Counted from the whole stretch's first letter, positions 1 to 13,315 are shown. The stretch: DNA of 63,228 nt, filler included, from Dugesia japonica (GCA_001938525.1; 6 parts of 6 records of this genome joined end to end with filler, not necessarily neighbours in it); one strand, 5' to 3'. Translations and numbers: made by a program. Notes: generated from the letters alone by a model not told the origin.

Positions 1-57
<57 letters not shown>
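1..57. repeat. (TAA)n microsatellite
   Basis: Perfect TAA trinucleotide run at the window start. Confidence 0.98.
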
Positions 58-59
<2 letters not shown>

Positions 60-1136
60 TTGGGTGAAACACCTGAAAATAGAAAATAAAAGCGATAGGT
101 AATCCCGAAATTCGGAAGAACGTCACAAGAAAAGAAAAACGAAGAATCCAGACAAGAGAAGGACACAATTCAGTGAAAGAAAGAAAAAATGGAAGAGAAA
201 ACCGGAGTAGGGAGCTAAAACTTGTTAAATAACCGACAAAATCTAGAATTACAGAAGGAAACAACTCAACAATAAGAAAGTCAACGAAGAAAAGAAGTAC
301 TAAAACCTATTAGTAGAACAAAGAAAATAATAATAACAATGAAGCAATTAGTTGATTATACAAAAATAAAAAAATCATATTGAATTAATAATCGAAGAAA
401 GAGAAAATAAATTATATGAATTAATTAGTGGAAGAAAACGATGAAATTAAATTAATTCTAAATTAGAAAAGAAAAATGAACATTTAATTCATAATTAAGA
501 AGAAAATAAAATAAATGATTTATTTATTTAAATAAAATAAATCAGACAAAAAATAAAATGATTAATTTTAAAAAAGAAAATTAAATTTATTTGAAAATAT
601 AGGAAAATGAAGACTTTCCATTGAGATAAAATTAGTAATTAAGAAAATTATGATCAAGAAAAAAACGGAAATTTCAAAAATCTAAGCTAAAAACTCATAG
701 CAGAACTAAGAAAGAAGATATAAGGGACCGAAGATTGACCAATAAAACTCCAGTAATTTTGGAATTCCAAGTTTTCAGCCAATAAGAAAAGCCAGGTGAC
801 TAAATTAGAATAAGTTAACCAAAGAAAATGCGAAAAATGAAATTCAACCAATTAAATTAACGAGGGTATATCAGGATACCAGTATAAATACTGATGAAAT
901 GTTTCAGCAAAATGCCAATAAAAAATACTGAAACTCTGAATAGAAAATCTCGGATTACTAAACGGTAATTATTTCAATATTTTGGTTTTATGCAACGGTT
1001 TCCGACTGGAATAAAATATGGTAAATTATGGAGAACTTCTGGAATCATTAATCACTACTGAGGAGATGTCTATCCAAGTGTTGTGTTTGCTCCGGATTTG
1101 GATATAGACCATGTTAGTTGTATTGCTTATTGCATT
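58..1136 (+). mobile_element. Putative long solo-LTR-like repeat (TGTTGG-type)
   Basis: Begins TGTTGGGTGAAACACC directly after the microsatellite. A-rich body with several CCAAT motifs and a TATAAA near 883. A near-identical start, TGTTGGGGTGAAACACC, occurs at 41410. Right boundary uncertain. Confidence 0.4.
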
Positions 1137-1348
1137 TGTTAGATTAATGTATAACAAGTGAAAGTTAACATTTATAATATATTTTTCACTTGATAAATTC
1201 TTTTGTTTTTTTGACAATTAATTTAATCATAAACTCTCATAATGTATTAGTTAGATTTTATAATTCATAAGTATACATTTTCAAAATTTATTAAAATTAA
1301 ATAAATCAATAATATTTAAACAAAAATGTTTAAATATTATATCTAACA
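1137..1348 (-). repeat. 3' LTR of the first Gypsy element
   Basis: 212 bp bounded by inverted termini TGTTAGAT (1137-1144) and ATCTAACA (1341-1348). Preceded on the minus strand by the polypurine tract AAGAAGAAGGGA. Confidence 0.75.
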
Positions 1349-3290
1349 TCCCTTCTTCTTAACTCTTTTGAACATCTGTTTTTTTAGCCACTCAATCCTT
1401 CGTTGTTTAAGGATTTCAGAATAATTTAAAAGCACCTGGTTTAGGCTTAAAAATTTTAATATTTCAAAAGGACCTTCATATTTGTATCCATTTTTCTTTA
1501 AATTGTGAGGTTCTATCTTTCCTAGAACTTCTTCCCCTCCAACAAAATTCCGATGTACTCTTTTATCGAATTCATATTCACTTAATTTCAGTGCCGCATT
1601 TTTTAAATTTTTATCAAATAATTCTCTTACTTCTCCACTACTTGTATTGTTATTTAGTAATGGTCCATGAATCATAATTTTTCTTCCATAAATTATTTCA
1701 AACGGTGATACCCCAGTTGTCTTTTGTTGGGTTGCATTAATTGAGAATTGAATTCGAGGTAATAGCCTTTACGAACTAACTTCTTCATATCCACTTTTTA
1801 TTGTAGTGACAATCATATCACGTAGAGTCCTGATCGTTCTTTTTGACAATGCGTTTGATTGGTATATAGACGAAAATTCTTGGTTAATTCCAAATTGTTG
1901 AGTCATTCCTTTCATTAATTTTACTTCAAATATCTTGCCTTTATCTGTCAGTATGGATTTGTGCTTGCTGAATCTATATATCCAATTCTTTTTTATTGAT
2001 TCAACTATAGGTTTTGTCTCTTGTTTTACCATGGCTGGCAGGCTAATATTTTTGCTGTATCGATCTATAATGACTAAAACATACTTCTTCTTTAACTTTG
2101 ATTCATTAAAATAAGCTATATCAATGACAATCTGTTCTAATGCTACAAATTCGGTTCGAGTTAATAAAAATTCTTTTGTTTTGCCTGTATATGTTTTCCT
2201 TTGATTGCAAATTAAGTATTTTTTTACCTTATGTTCAATTTTTCTGAACATATCAGGCCAAAAATAAGTTGTTTGAATATATTCAGTTAATTTTCTCGTT
2301 CTCAAGTGGCATAATTCTTCATGAATTTAATTTATTAAATCAACCACTTATTTACCTGCTAAAACAATCCTCTTCGAATTTTTATCAAGAAACAGCAATA
2401 TNNNNNNNNNNNNNNNNNNNNNNNNNNNNNNNNNNNNNNNNNNNNNNNNNNNNNNNNNNNNNNNNNNNNNNNNNNNNNNNNNNNNNNNNNNNNNNNNNNN
2501 NNNNNNNNNNNNNNNNNNNNNNNNNNNNNNNNNNNNNNNNNNNNNTGAATTTTTATGATACTTTCTTTATCATAATTTGAGGTTTCTAAAATATTCATTC
2601 TTCTAACTCTAGATTTTTCACCTTTTGCATCGTGATGAGTCATCAAACATTGACCACACAAACCTTTTCTTATTCTTCATAATCCATCAGCATTTTCCTG
2701 ATCAATGTCTTTACGAAATTGAAGATTAAAATCAAATTCTGCTAAGTTTGTAATCCACGTCTGGAACTGTGAACTAATTGGTTTACTTGTTTTCTTCATA
2801 AACATTAATGCTTTATGGTCATTTCTAGCTATGAACTTTTTCCGAAAAGGTAATGCTTGAAATGAATCATAAATTTATGTAACGCCAATAGTTCTTTTCT
2901 GGTTACACAATAACCCTTTTCATGATCATTCAAAATACGAGATGCATAAGCAATAACAGTTTCCACAGGATCTCTCGACAATTAACTCAAAACAGCACCA
3001 ATCGCATTGAAACTAGCATCTGAATTTAATATCATTTTGCTTTCAGGATTTGNNNNNNNNNNNNNNNNNNNNNNNNNNNNNNNNNNNNNNNNNNNNNNNN
3101 NNNNNNNNNNNNNNNNNNNNNNNNNNNNNNNNNNNNNNNNNNNNNNNNNNNATTGCTGCATATAATGGACTGGCAATTGTTGCGTAATCTTTAATAAATC
3201 TACGATAATAATTTGCAATTCCAAGAAAGTTCGAATTTTGGTTGCACATTTTGAAATAACAGCCTCTTTTACTTTATTAATAATCTCATT
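1137..3290 (-). mobile_element. Decayed, 5'-truncated Ty3/Gypsy LTR retrotransposon (end of RT, RNase H, integrase, 3' LTR)
   Basis: Minus-strand fragments FLGIANYYRRFIKDYA (RT thumb), ILNSDASFNAIGAVL (RNase H) and DIAYF...LTDKG (integrase, 1769-2305). The order RT-RH-INT is Gypsy-type. Many stops, frameshifts and N gaps. Confidence 0.92.
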
Positions 3291-3599
3291 GGGAAGTTTT
3301 AAAATTGACATCATGTTAGGTAATAATTCGAAATGGGATTAAGTGGCCCTAAACTTTCCTGTGTATTTAGTAGGAAAAGTTTTTTGCTCACAAATTATGT
3401 CATTAAATTAATTTCATCGGTGAAATATTACGTAATAGGACTAAGTGGTTATGTATTTTTCTGTGGTTTTGGTTGGGAAAATGTTTAAGCTTATTAGGCG
3501 GCAAAGTGGCTCGGTATTTTCCTGTGTATTTAGTTGGGAAATTCTTTAGGCTTTTAAAGTAGTGGAATTTTTTTCAGGCTTTTTAGTTGGAATTTATTC

Positions 3600-4340
3600 G
3601 ATGAGGTTGAATTAGGTCAATTTTCGATTGGTTTTAGATAGGTTTTGGTCGATAATTTTCTCGGTGAGTTTGCATCTTGGCAAACTGGTCGGTTTGGGTT
3701 TATTTGGTCAAATATTTTCTCTGGAATGGTTAATTTAGGTAATTCTTTGGCGATTCGGTCAAATATTTCCGCCAAATTGGTTATTGTGATCAATTTTTCG
3801 ATTAATTGGCCGAAATTTTACTCGGGATAGGTAAATTTTGGATGACTTGGTTCAATATTTCCTCGGGTTTATGCAATTTGGATCAGTTTTGGACAATTTA
3901 GTCAATTATTTACTCAGTTTAGGTAATATTGGTCAATTATTTACTCGGTATGGACAAACTTGATTAATTATTGGCTCACAAAGATAATGTTTAGGTGATT
4001 TTGGTCAATTATTTCCTTAGTAATGGTCTGTTTGGATAGTTTTTGGACAATTTGGTAAGTTATTTACTCAGTAAGGACAAATTTGGTTAATTATTTGCTC
4101 ACAAGGGTGATGTTTAAGTGAATTTGGTCAATTATTTCCTCAAAAATGGTTAATTTGGGTCAGTTTTGGAAACTTTGGTCAATTATTTACCCGGTTTACG
4201 TCATATTTATCGATGTTTTCTAACATAAGTCCGTTTTCGGTCAGTTTTGGATGATTAAGTTAATTAATTCCTCACAATAATAAGTCTTAGGAGAATTTGA
4301 ATGATAATTTTCTCAGGCTGGACAGTTTTGGTTGAAATTT
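3600..4340. repeat. Degenerate minisatellite, ~20/40-bp period (core TTTGGTCAATTATTTACTC)
   Basis: GGTCAATTATTT-like units recur roughly every 20-40 bp, with strong G/T strand skew. Confidence 0.8.
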
Positions 4341-4559
4341 TAGGAAATTTATGTGAAAAGTTGAATTTGTTTAAATTTTTAAGTTTTAAAAACTTTTTTT
4401 ATGAGAGGTTTTTATAGGAATCCTAACAAACTGTTCATGCTGTTCAAATAATATAAAATTTTTATGGAAATCTGGGTGAACAGTCTAAATTTTTGAAAAA
4501 ATATGTTCTATATCTCAGATTTTAAAGATTTTTATAACAAACTGCTCAGACTTTTACGG

Positions 4560-4905
4560 CGATAATTTTTCACAAAAACTTTTAGAAAAATATTTCCTTC
4601 TCAAATAGGTTAAGAAAGTGTCTATTCAATAGAGAATGTTTCGCTGATTCCAAATATAGTAATCTAAAATCGCCAAAGTTAATACTTGATAAAAGAAATG
4701 GGGTTTTGTGGGGGTTTTTGAATTTTTGTACTCAATTTTCTCTGCGTACATAGCTCGCATGGTTTCAAATGTGGTATTATTTTATTCAGGAGGAAAACAT
4801 GACTGTGCAAAGTTAAAATATTGTCTCGGGTAAAATGCTTCCTAACGAATATTTACAGCAGTCTACCGGATTTTAGTAACACTTTTCAAAAATATCAAAA
4901 GTATC
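4560..4905 (+). repeat. Dispersed repeat, copy 1 (paralogue at ~7310-7650)
   Basis: Shared blocks AAATCGCCAAA, GACTGTG(C/T)AAAGTTAAAATA(T/C)GTCTCGGG and CCGGATTTT(A/G)GTAAC in the same order in both copies. Confidence 0.8.
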
Positions 4906-7309
4906 TCAAAATTTATCGCAATTGATACTATTCGATTGGAAATTTTACTGTAAGTACAAATAACACAGTTAATAATTATCAAATCTTTTAGATAAAATGT
5001 TATATTGAAAAAAACAAGTTCTTAATTTGGGAGTCTCCGAGGAACATAAAAATATAATAATTTATTCAGTAAGGTCAATTTTGGATAGTTTTTTAGATAA
5101 ATTTGAATGAAATGCCACTTTTCATTTGTAATCAGTCATCAATACTCTACAATCTGTACACTGGTCCACAGACATCAAATCTCTGTTAGCAGTGCACTGA
5201 TCATTAATTATTTATGGTTTTCTCACTATTTGCAAGTCTTTTCTATCATTTACTAGTTTTCTTTTGCTATTTGATAGTATTAACTAGTGATAAATGTACT
5301 GTTTAATCAATATTTAATTATTTACCCTGTTTTATATTTTTTTGTAATTTTGAAAATTAAATTAGATAATGTGTATTTTAATTGGTGTTCTATTTTTATC
5401 ATGAAAATTTAATTAAAATTTAATTTACAATAGGAATTTTTTATTAAGTATTAGTAATTTTGACATCAAATTTGTAATTATTTATTGAAAATATCCCCTA
5501 TAATTGATTGAATAAATTAAGTATGATGAATTGATTAATTTTCAATGTGTAATTTGATTAAAACTTTACTTTTGTAAGTAAATGTTTAATCGTGTTTTGA
5601 AAATAAATTAAATTTCAATTATATATTTTTATAATCAAATTTAAACTTTTTTACGGTTAAATTAAAATTATAAAAGAAAATGTTTATTAATTATTGATGA
5701 AACATTGAAATATGTTTAAATCAAATTAGATTTTGCATGTAGTTTTAATTAATGTTTAATTTATAATAGAAAAGTTTTATTAAGCATTGATTTATTAAAA
5801 TAATTTCTAAACAATTATTGGAAATAACTTATAATTGATTGAATAGATTAAGTCTGATGGATTTAATAGTTTTCAAATAATTATCAGTAAATGTACATAC
5901 AACTTGAATTTATGTAAAAACACATTAATTTTAGAAAAATCTTTCAAATAAATAGTTAAAATTATGCTTCTTAAATTAGAGTCGAGTATTAATGAAAATA
6001 AAAACTTAACTCAAATTTAAGCATCAAAGTAACTAATAGATTGAGAATTTTATGATAAGTAAGAATAACATGGTTAAAAATTGTCAGTCTTTAACCTTCA
6101 TGAAAATAGTTAATGTCAAACTTTAAATTATATTAATTGTAATTTCTATTAAACATTGGATAATTTGTAATAACTTTTAAATATTTATTGAAAAATAACT
6201 AAAACAATTGATTGAATAAAAGATTTTCAAATAAATACAAGGAGAGCATCTAAAACCTTAATTTTAATTACTATTTTCAATGGGTTTTATTGAATATTTT
6301 TACTTCATATTTCCATAAATCTCACTTCAATAATCTTAAAAGTCTCTCATATAGTGAGAAAAGAAGACATGTAGACGGGGTGTTAGTGAATAAGAGTTTA
6401 TATGACATGCTTTTTATTTAAAATAATAACTATTTCAGTATATTTTAATCATATAATTATCCTTCTGCTTTTTTGGTTGCACCTTGGCAACCCTGTTTGG
6501 TCTTTGATTTTATGGGATTCTTTTTTTTGATAGCCAATATTCAGATATATTGTTAGAAAATAAGAGTTTAACATAGAAAATACGTATCTTATCATTAGAA
6601 ATGTTGTTCTCAACATTGAAAAAATTAATTCCAATAGATAAAGTTATGGTTTCATCATTGAAATTATAGGTATTATCATGAAAATATGGGATTTATAATG
6701 AAAAACTGGTTTCAATCTGAAAAATATAGGTTTTTATAATTAAATATAAGACCATTAAACCAGATACATTCAATAACCAATTATTGTAAATAGTCTCAAT
6801 ACATTATCATTTATTATTATAGTAGATAGATGTGTACGCACGGGCTACCTATGTGCGTACCCCCTTCCCTGTGTGTAAAATAATTTGATAACTTTTCAAA
6901 TGTAAATACCCAAAGACAGACATTGATGTGTATTACATAATGTATAGGATTTAGTCGATAAATAAATAACGTAACTTTTGCTCGTATTTTGAAAAGCTTA
7001 CCGAATTATCAGGTTTTTTATGCAAAGAGTAAATTTATGTGTATTCCATAACCTTTTCTCGTATTTTTTGAATAGCTTACCAAATTATTTTCAAATTTTA
7101 ATTAATTTAAGTTATATAGTAAATTTTTACGGATTTTTATGGTAAATTAATCGGAAATTAGTATTTCTGTTGAAATTATCAAATTTTTAATTTTTTCAAT
7201 GAGATTTTTATGGGAAACTGGGAGAAAATTCGAAAGTTTTTAAAAACTTTTTGTCGAGAATTTTACATCAATTGGTGGAGAATTTGGATGGATATTTATT
7301 TTCACAAAT

Positions 7310-7650
7310 AAAAATTTTTGAAAAAACTTTTTCTTCTCGAAATTTGAAATCACTATATTTATTAGATAGAGACTTTTTGCTGATCATGATGGTTACAGTT
7401 TTAAATCGCCAAAATTTATGCGGGATGAAATAAATGAGGTTTTGTGGTGAAAATACTCAAATTTTGTATTTTTGGAGCTCATTTACCTCGATGAAAATAA
7501 CTCGTATGTACTCAAATTGAATACCATTTAACTTAAGAAAAAAAATTGACTGTGTAAAGTTAAAATATCGTCTCGGGAAAAATACTTGTTAACGAAGATA
7601 TACAGCTGTTCTCCCGGATTTGGTAACTTTTTCGAAAAACTACAAAAGTA
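7310..7650 (+). repeat. Dispersed repeat, copy 2 (paralogue at ~4560-4905)
   Basis: Collinear similarity to 4560-4905. Confidence 0.8.
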
Positions 7651-10600
7651 AATAAATTATTAATTAAAATAAATTTTTTGCTCTAGAAATACTTATGATA
7701 AGCAAACAAATTTGATATCGTTGAACTCAGAATAAAAAACTGAACATATTTCATATAGACTTTAGATTATAAAAATCCTTCGTTCAAGCAATAATATATA
7801 ATTAATTATAAATTATAATTATAGTCAAAATAATAATTCATTTAAAATAAAAGCTTCGATCAAAATGTTTTGTTTTTTTTATTGATATTTGATAAAAATT
7901 CAATGAAATAAGAGTTAAAAATTTTGAAACTATTTACACAGAAAAAACTAAAAATAGTAAAATTATATTGAAAACATGATAGTAACAATAACAAGCAAAA
8001 CTCAAAATTTTAAATTTTCAAATATTTTTTTAAAAATATTAATAATAAAAGTATAGTGAAATACAAAATAAAAATATTATTTAAATTATAAAATTTATGT
8101 CAAAATAAATTTTCTTTTTTAAGCATCTTTTGATTCATTATATTAACAATTATTTTAAATTAATGCTATTGGTGAATCTATTTTACTAATAAAATCAGAA
8201 TCATAAAATTTTGAAACATTAAAATAATTCAATTTATATTTAAATAATACTAAAAACCTACAAATAAGCTAATGATAAGATTTATTTCAAATCATATTGG
8301 TCTGGATTCTATTAGCAGTCTAAAAATAATACAATAATTTACTTTAATTGACTGATTCGATCACGTATTGTGATAAAATATTACATGTTACATAATGTGT
8401 GTTGTTCATTGGCTTTACTGTGTCTACTTATTTACTCTAACACATAAGGATTTAAATGAAACACATGGGATTACTGTGGTTTTCTATACATATTAGTTTG
8501 CTATATCCACCTATTTATTGTATATACTGGCTTTCTGTATCCATTAATATATTGTGTAAATACAATTGCTAAACTCTGAAATTTATAAAACTTAGAGAAA
8601 TTAAGAAAAATAATGGAAATTTATGAACAAATTTAACAAGTTTTAATAAAATTGGTATACATTAACTCATTGTTTTCCATTATTTTACTATAACCACTAG
8701 TCTACTGTCTAAATACAACCACTGAACACTATGAAACAAATCCAACAAAGTACACCTAATGAAAACTATAAATAAAAACCTATTATATTCGATAAATTTT
8801 TGTGAAATTAAAGCGATTTAGGGAAATTTTNGAAATTTAAATAACTTTTGTAAAATTAATTAATTTTCATTAGCTTAAGACACTTAAGGCAATTAATGGA
8901 AATTTAAAAAATCTTAATAAAATTAATTTATATTTCAATCACCGGTCTATACATTTTAATGAAATTGCTTTTTGACTTAGTATATATTTATTAATATTTT
9001 ATTAACATTTATAGAAATTTTTTAAAATCAAGTTATTCAAATATCATTTAGACTTGAAAAATTTCAAACTTATGTCTCAATTTACAATAGATAGTGACAA
9101 TTTGCACATATTTGGTTACAATTTGCTTATTTGTGACTAATATTTATTAATAGTAGTTATAATTTAGTTATAACTTGTAATAAGTGATGATAATTTGCTT
9201 AAAGATGACTATAATTTGTGCATAGTATCAGTAAATTACACATCAATAGTTGTATTTCGTACATAAGTGGTTACAATTTGTACATAAGTGGTAATAATTT
9301 CTTTTTAGGCGACTACAATATATTCATGGGTTAATGAAGTTAGTGTATAGATGATTGGATTTGATGTATGTTTACTTTATAAATTAGTAATAAGTCAAAT
9401 AATTTACTTAAATAACCTGATTTGATCGGGTACTATATGGGGTATTCATTGACTTTACTATATTACACTGGTTTTATTCAATCCTATTGGCTTTATCGTG
9501 TTCTACTCTATCACATTGGGTTTTTGTACTAATCTGCTAACTTTATCCATTACGTTGATTGTATCTCATTGGCTTCATTCTAACACATTGGTTTATTATA
9601 CTATTTTATTAACTGTATCCATTACCTTTTTTGTGTTGATTGATTAATAGATAAAGCGGCTGTATTTATATGACTGAATAACTATATAAATTGATTAACG
9701 GTGTCATTAGTTTTAAGATGAAATGGATTGTCAAGATAGACTATAAAATTCTGTTAACCCTTAGTTAACATTAGAATCAGTTTAGTGTTTATTTTAATGA
9801 AAATTGTAACTATTGCTTATAGATTTCTGTCTAATGGAACAAATTAGTCATATTCAATGGATTAAGGGACTGTATTAATTAACTTGATTGATTAGATTAA
9901 GATAAATGTAAAATAATATGTAAGTCAAATACATAAATGAATTAAATGTATAGATTTAATAAATGTATCGGATACATTAAATGTAGTANGTTTATTGACT
10001 GTGTTGGGTTAATAATTTGTATTGATCCAGAATGTATACAAGTGCTGTCACATTTTCCTTTGTAAAAATTGAAGAATTATTGAAGAAGATTTGACTTGTA
10101 AATATGAATAACAAATTTTGGAAATTTGAAAAGGTCACATTCATTGCAAACAATGAATTTAAATAAGACATATTTAAGATTTTAACACAATTAATTAATA
10201 ACTTAAATTAAAATTAATTAAATACGTGTATCTATAGTAGGCTTATTTCTGAAATATGACTAAATAACATTCAAGTTTTAAGTACTTTATTTTCAAGAAT
10301 GGATGACTTGTATCCATCAAACCAATATGTGTAGAAACTTTTATTAATCCAAAGGAAGACAAATGCATGATCACAAAGAAAATAAATAGAATATAAAATA
10401 TTTTATCAACGTATAACAATTCAGGACTTCTGTGAAATTTTGAATAATTTTCACATACTTCTTGGTAATTTTGGATGGATTTCTATGACTTCTGTGAATT
10501 TTTAATATACTTCCATAACTACTCTGAAATTTGGTATCAATTTCGAACATTTCTCAGAAATATTTTAATTATTTTCCTAATGTTTTACATAGTTTTTGAG

Positions 10601-11176
10601 AATTTTTCAATGCACCTCTGAAATTCTGTATAATATTCAAACACTTCCTGGAAACTGTGTATCATTTTCCAAAACTTTTAAATAATATAATTATTTATCT
10701 TACACTATTACCACCTGCCTGTATTTCTGCATGCATCTTTGCCTACAACTCGTCTGCCCCTGTGCTTGCACTTCTGTTCTATATTCATTTCTTCTTTCCT
10801 CTAAAAATTATAAACAAACACATTTATTAATTTTTAGAAAATTTTCCTTCATTTCCATGCTTTTATGACTAATATGAATAAACTCCTAATGCCGGGGCAT
10901 ACTTTACTTATAATTTTCAACAATTGTTTTATTGATTGTATTTAGCTTTATAGGGTATATTGGATTTGGATAGTAAAATTATTAAATAAATTAAATGTTT
11001 AATGATTAATTGATTATATGTGTACGAAACTATCGTATACTTATGATTTTTGTACATGGATATTGTGAGGTAAATTAAATAGACAAATTGTTTCGGGGAA
11101 TTTTTTTGTGGCAAATCAATAAAAAAGTAATANNNNNNNNNNNNNNNNNNNNNNNNNNNNNNNNNNNNNNNNNNNN

Positions 11177-11188
11177 TTAATTAATTAA
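11177..11188. other. Artificial six-frame-stop linker TTAATTAATTAA between N runs (also at ~19901, 28319, 40383, 49234)
   Basis: The same 12-mer is embedded symmetrically in ~43-nt N runs five times. Confidence 0.95.
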
Positions 11189-11410
11189 NNNNNNNNNNNN
11201 NNNNNNNNNNNNNNNNNNNNNNNNNNNNNNNNTAACATTCAGAAACGATAAACTGAATTGGATCATTTCGCAACGTGCTCATATTGTGCCTTAGGAACTT
11301 ATTGTTACATTGATTCATTTATATTATCACACACACACACAATATCCTATTGCCTAGCAACCGCTAAGACAACAACATGCAAATCAATAATAAATACCAA
11401 TATTATTTAT

Positions 11411-12533
11411 TCATATATAAACGACATCATCTGGCCGATTGTGACAGTATTGAATGCGTCTATTAGCGTACTGAACATTCAATCTGTCCCCACTGATTGG
11501 CAAGAAAGGCACCTCACCCGTGTTGAGGAAGCGTTCCGAACCCAGGCTATTCAAATGAGGTATTTGTTTCCAAATGTATTCAATCATCTTTTCGAGACGC
11601 TCCAGATCGTTGTCGGTCGGCGGGTAGAACTGCTGCATCACGTTGCACCACAGAGTGTCGGCCAACAGATAATCGGATTGCCGCAAAAGCGCTTCGTCGA
11701 AACTTGCCATTAAATAGATCATTTCTCCATAGAAATATTGTAACATTTTCTTAGATATTCGACCACTCAACTTTTTCGCCCGTTTCTCGATGTCTTTGTA
11801 TGCAATCTGAAATAATCAAACAGAAATCCGTTTAAAGAAAGACTTGAAAAAATATTTATTCATTAAAATGCATCCAAAAAATTTTCTAAAAATTCCAAGA
11901 GTGGAAAAATTTTTGATAAATCTAAGAAACTCACAAAATTCATTCAATTTGAAACTTTTTTTATAAGAAAAAAATTTTAATAAAACGAAAATTCTAGATA
12001 AACTTCCTATTGTAATTCTAAGATTTCAATAATTTCTAGATTTCTATTATTTCAATTGATTTAAATTTATCAATAGATTTAATTATTTATCAATTCCTTA
12101 ATTATTTTACATTTAGCATTAAAAAACTGGTTCATTACATTCATCATCTTGAATTTTCCTATTTTTCCCTCTACTCCTTCATGCTCAAGTCTCAATGCTA
12201 GTAGCCAAAAATGAATACACATCATATTAAACCACGTTTGAAATGTATCTGGTAGATTAAAATTATGTATAAATGAATTGATATCCGGATACTCTAAATA
12301 TGAATAAAATTAATAATTCGCAAAAATATAATACCGGCAGCAACTGCATATAACTTACAACCAGTAATTTCAATGTCGCGTTCTGAATATCTTAGTTTTA
12401 TAGATCCTGAAATGAGTTGCAAACGTTCCGAATAAGACAATGGTCCTTTATGTAACTGGAAATGAATGTTTTTAACAGAACTGATAAAAACTCGTTCATA
12501 TTTACAAATTTTTAAAAACGCATTTCTGAGCAT
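11411..12533 (-). CDS. UQCC1: Ubiquinol-cytochrome c reductase complex assembly factor 1 (CBP3 homologue); exons 12533-12335, 12293-12139, 11806-11411; ~249 aa
   Basis: Spliced frame is continuous with GT-AG introns of 41 and 332 nt. Contains LPDTFQTWFNMMCIHFWLLALRL and ASFDEALL...LADTLW, matching remembered CBP3/UQCC1 motifs. Basic N-terminus resembles a mitochondrial transit peptide. Confidence 0.9.
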
Positions 12534-13074
12534 TTTAAAAATAAGAATTTACAAATAAATAAGATTTGATGGATTTAAAGGCAGCTTAAATTTAATTATT
12601 CAAAAAATGAAACTCTAATTTAAATTAAGCAAAATATTGTTGATGTGAAAAGTATTAAACTTCACATAATTTTTATCTTTCTAAATTTCTAATTTACTTT
12701 TTAACCATATTTCATTTAGTTTCTTTTTTAATTCAGCATTTTAACTTTCAAAAATTTCATAAAAAATATAAAAATAATTACTTTAAATTTATTTTAATTC
12801 TTTGATTTTTTTACCCATTAATTTTGAAATTATTTTTTTGATTCATAAAATTCACGACTTTAAAAAATCAATTCAATATTTTCAATGATTTTCGACGTAC
12901 AATAAGTGAATTTGACTAAACACCACTTTTTAGTAACCTCACAAATAGGTTCAATGATTCATCAAATATTTTAAGTATTGGCAATTAATTTTTTTATCGA
13001 AAGCTCACTATATCAAGTAAATATCATTTCGGGATTTTATGAAAGATAAATATTGACATATTATCAAAATATTT

Positions 13075-13315
13075 TTACAATTGCAATTATTGCGAGAATA
13101 ATTGTTGGACATAATCATTGATCGTTTTTCAGAATTCATTTAAAGTAAAAGCTTCGATCAAAAAAATTTTTTTATAGTTTTTTTGAAATTAGTTCGATAT
13201 TTCGACTTTGTCTTCGTCAAGAATTGAACAAAAAGTCAATTCCTGACGAAGACAAAGTCGAAAAATCGAATCAATATCAAAAAAAATTTTTTGATCCAAG
13301 CTTTTATTTTAAATA
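13075..13315. mobile_element. Palindromic dispersed repeat with a minimal hammerhead ribozyme core on each strand (Penelope pLTR-derived, non-autonomous)
   Basis: Inverted arms TTCGACTTTGTCTTCGTCAAGAATTGA / TCAATTCCTGACGAAGACAAAGTCGAA. Related copies at ~39130-39385, 42880-42975 and 61360-61450; core-less copies at 51536-51665 and 62446-62535. Confidence 0.8.
13238..13271 (+). ncRNA. Minimal type I hammerhead ribozyme motif
   Basis: AUUC-CUGACGA(13243-13249)-A-GAC AAA GUC-GAAA-AA-UC-GAAU: conserved core, 3-bp stem II, stem I AUUC/GAAU, predicted cleavage after C13267. Confidence 0.7.

Noticed and set aside
3600-4340. CRISPR-like periodicity
   Set aside because: Eukaryotic context, degenerate units without unique spacers, and no cas genes; it is a minisatellite.
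11258-11713. 151-aa plus-strand ORF
   Set aside because: Antisense shadow of UQCC1 exon 3 with no recognisable motifs.
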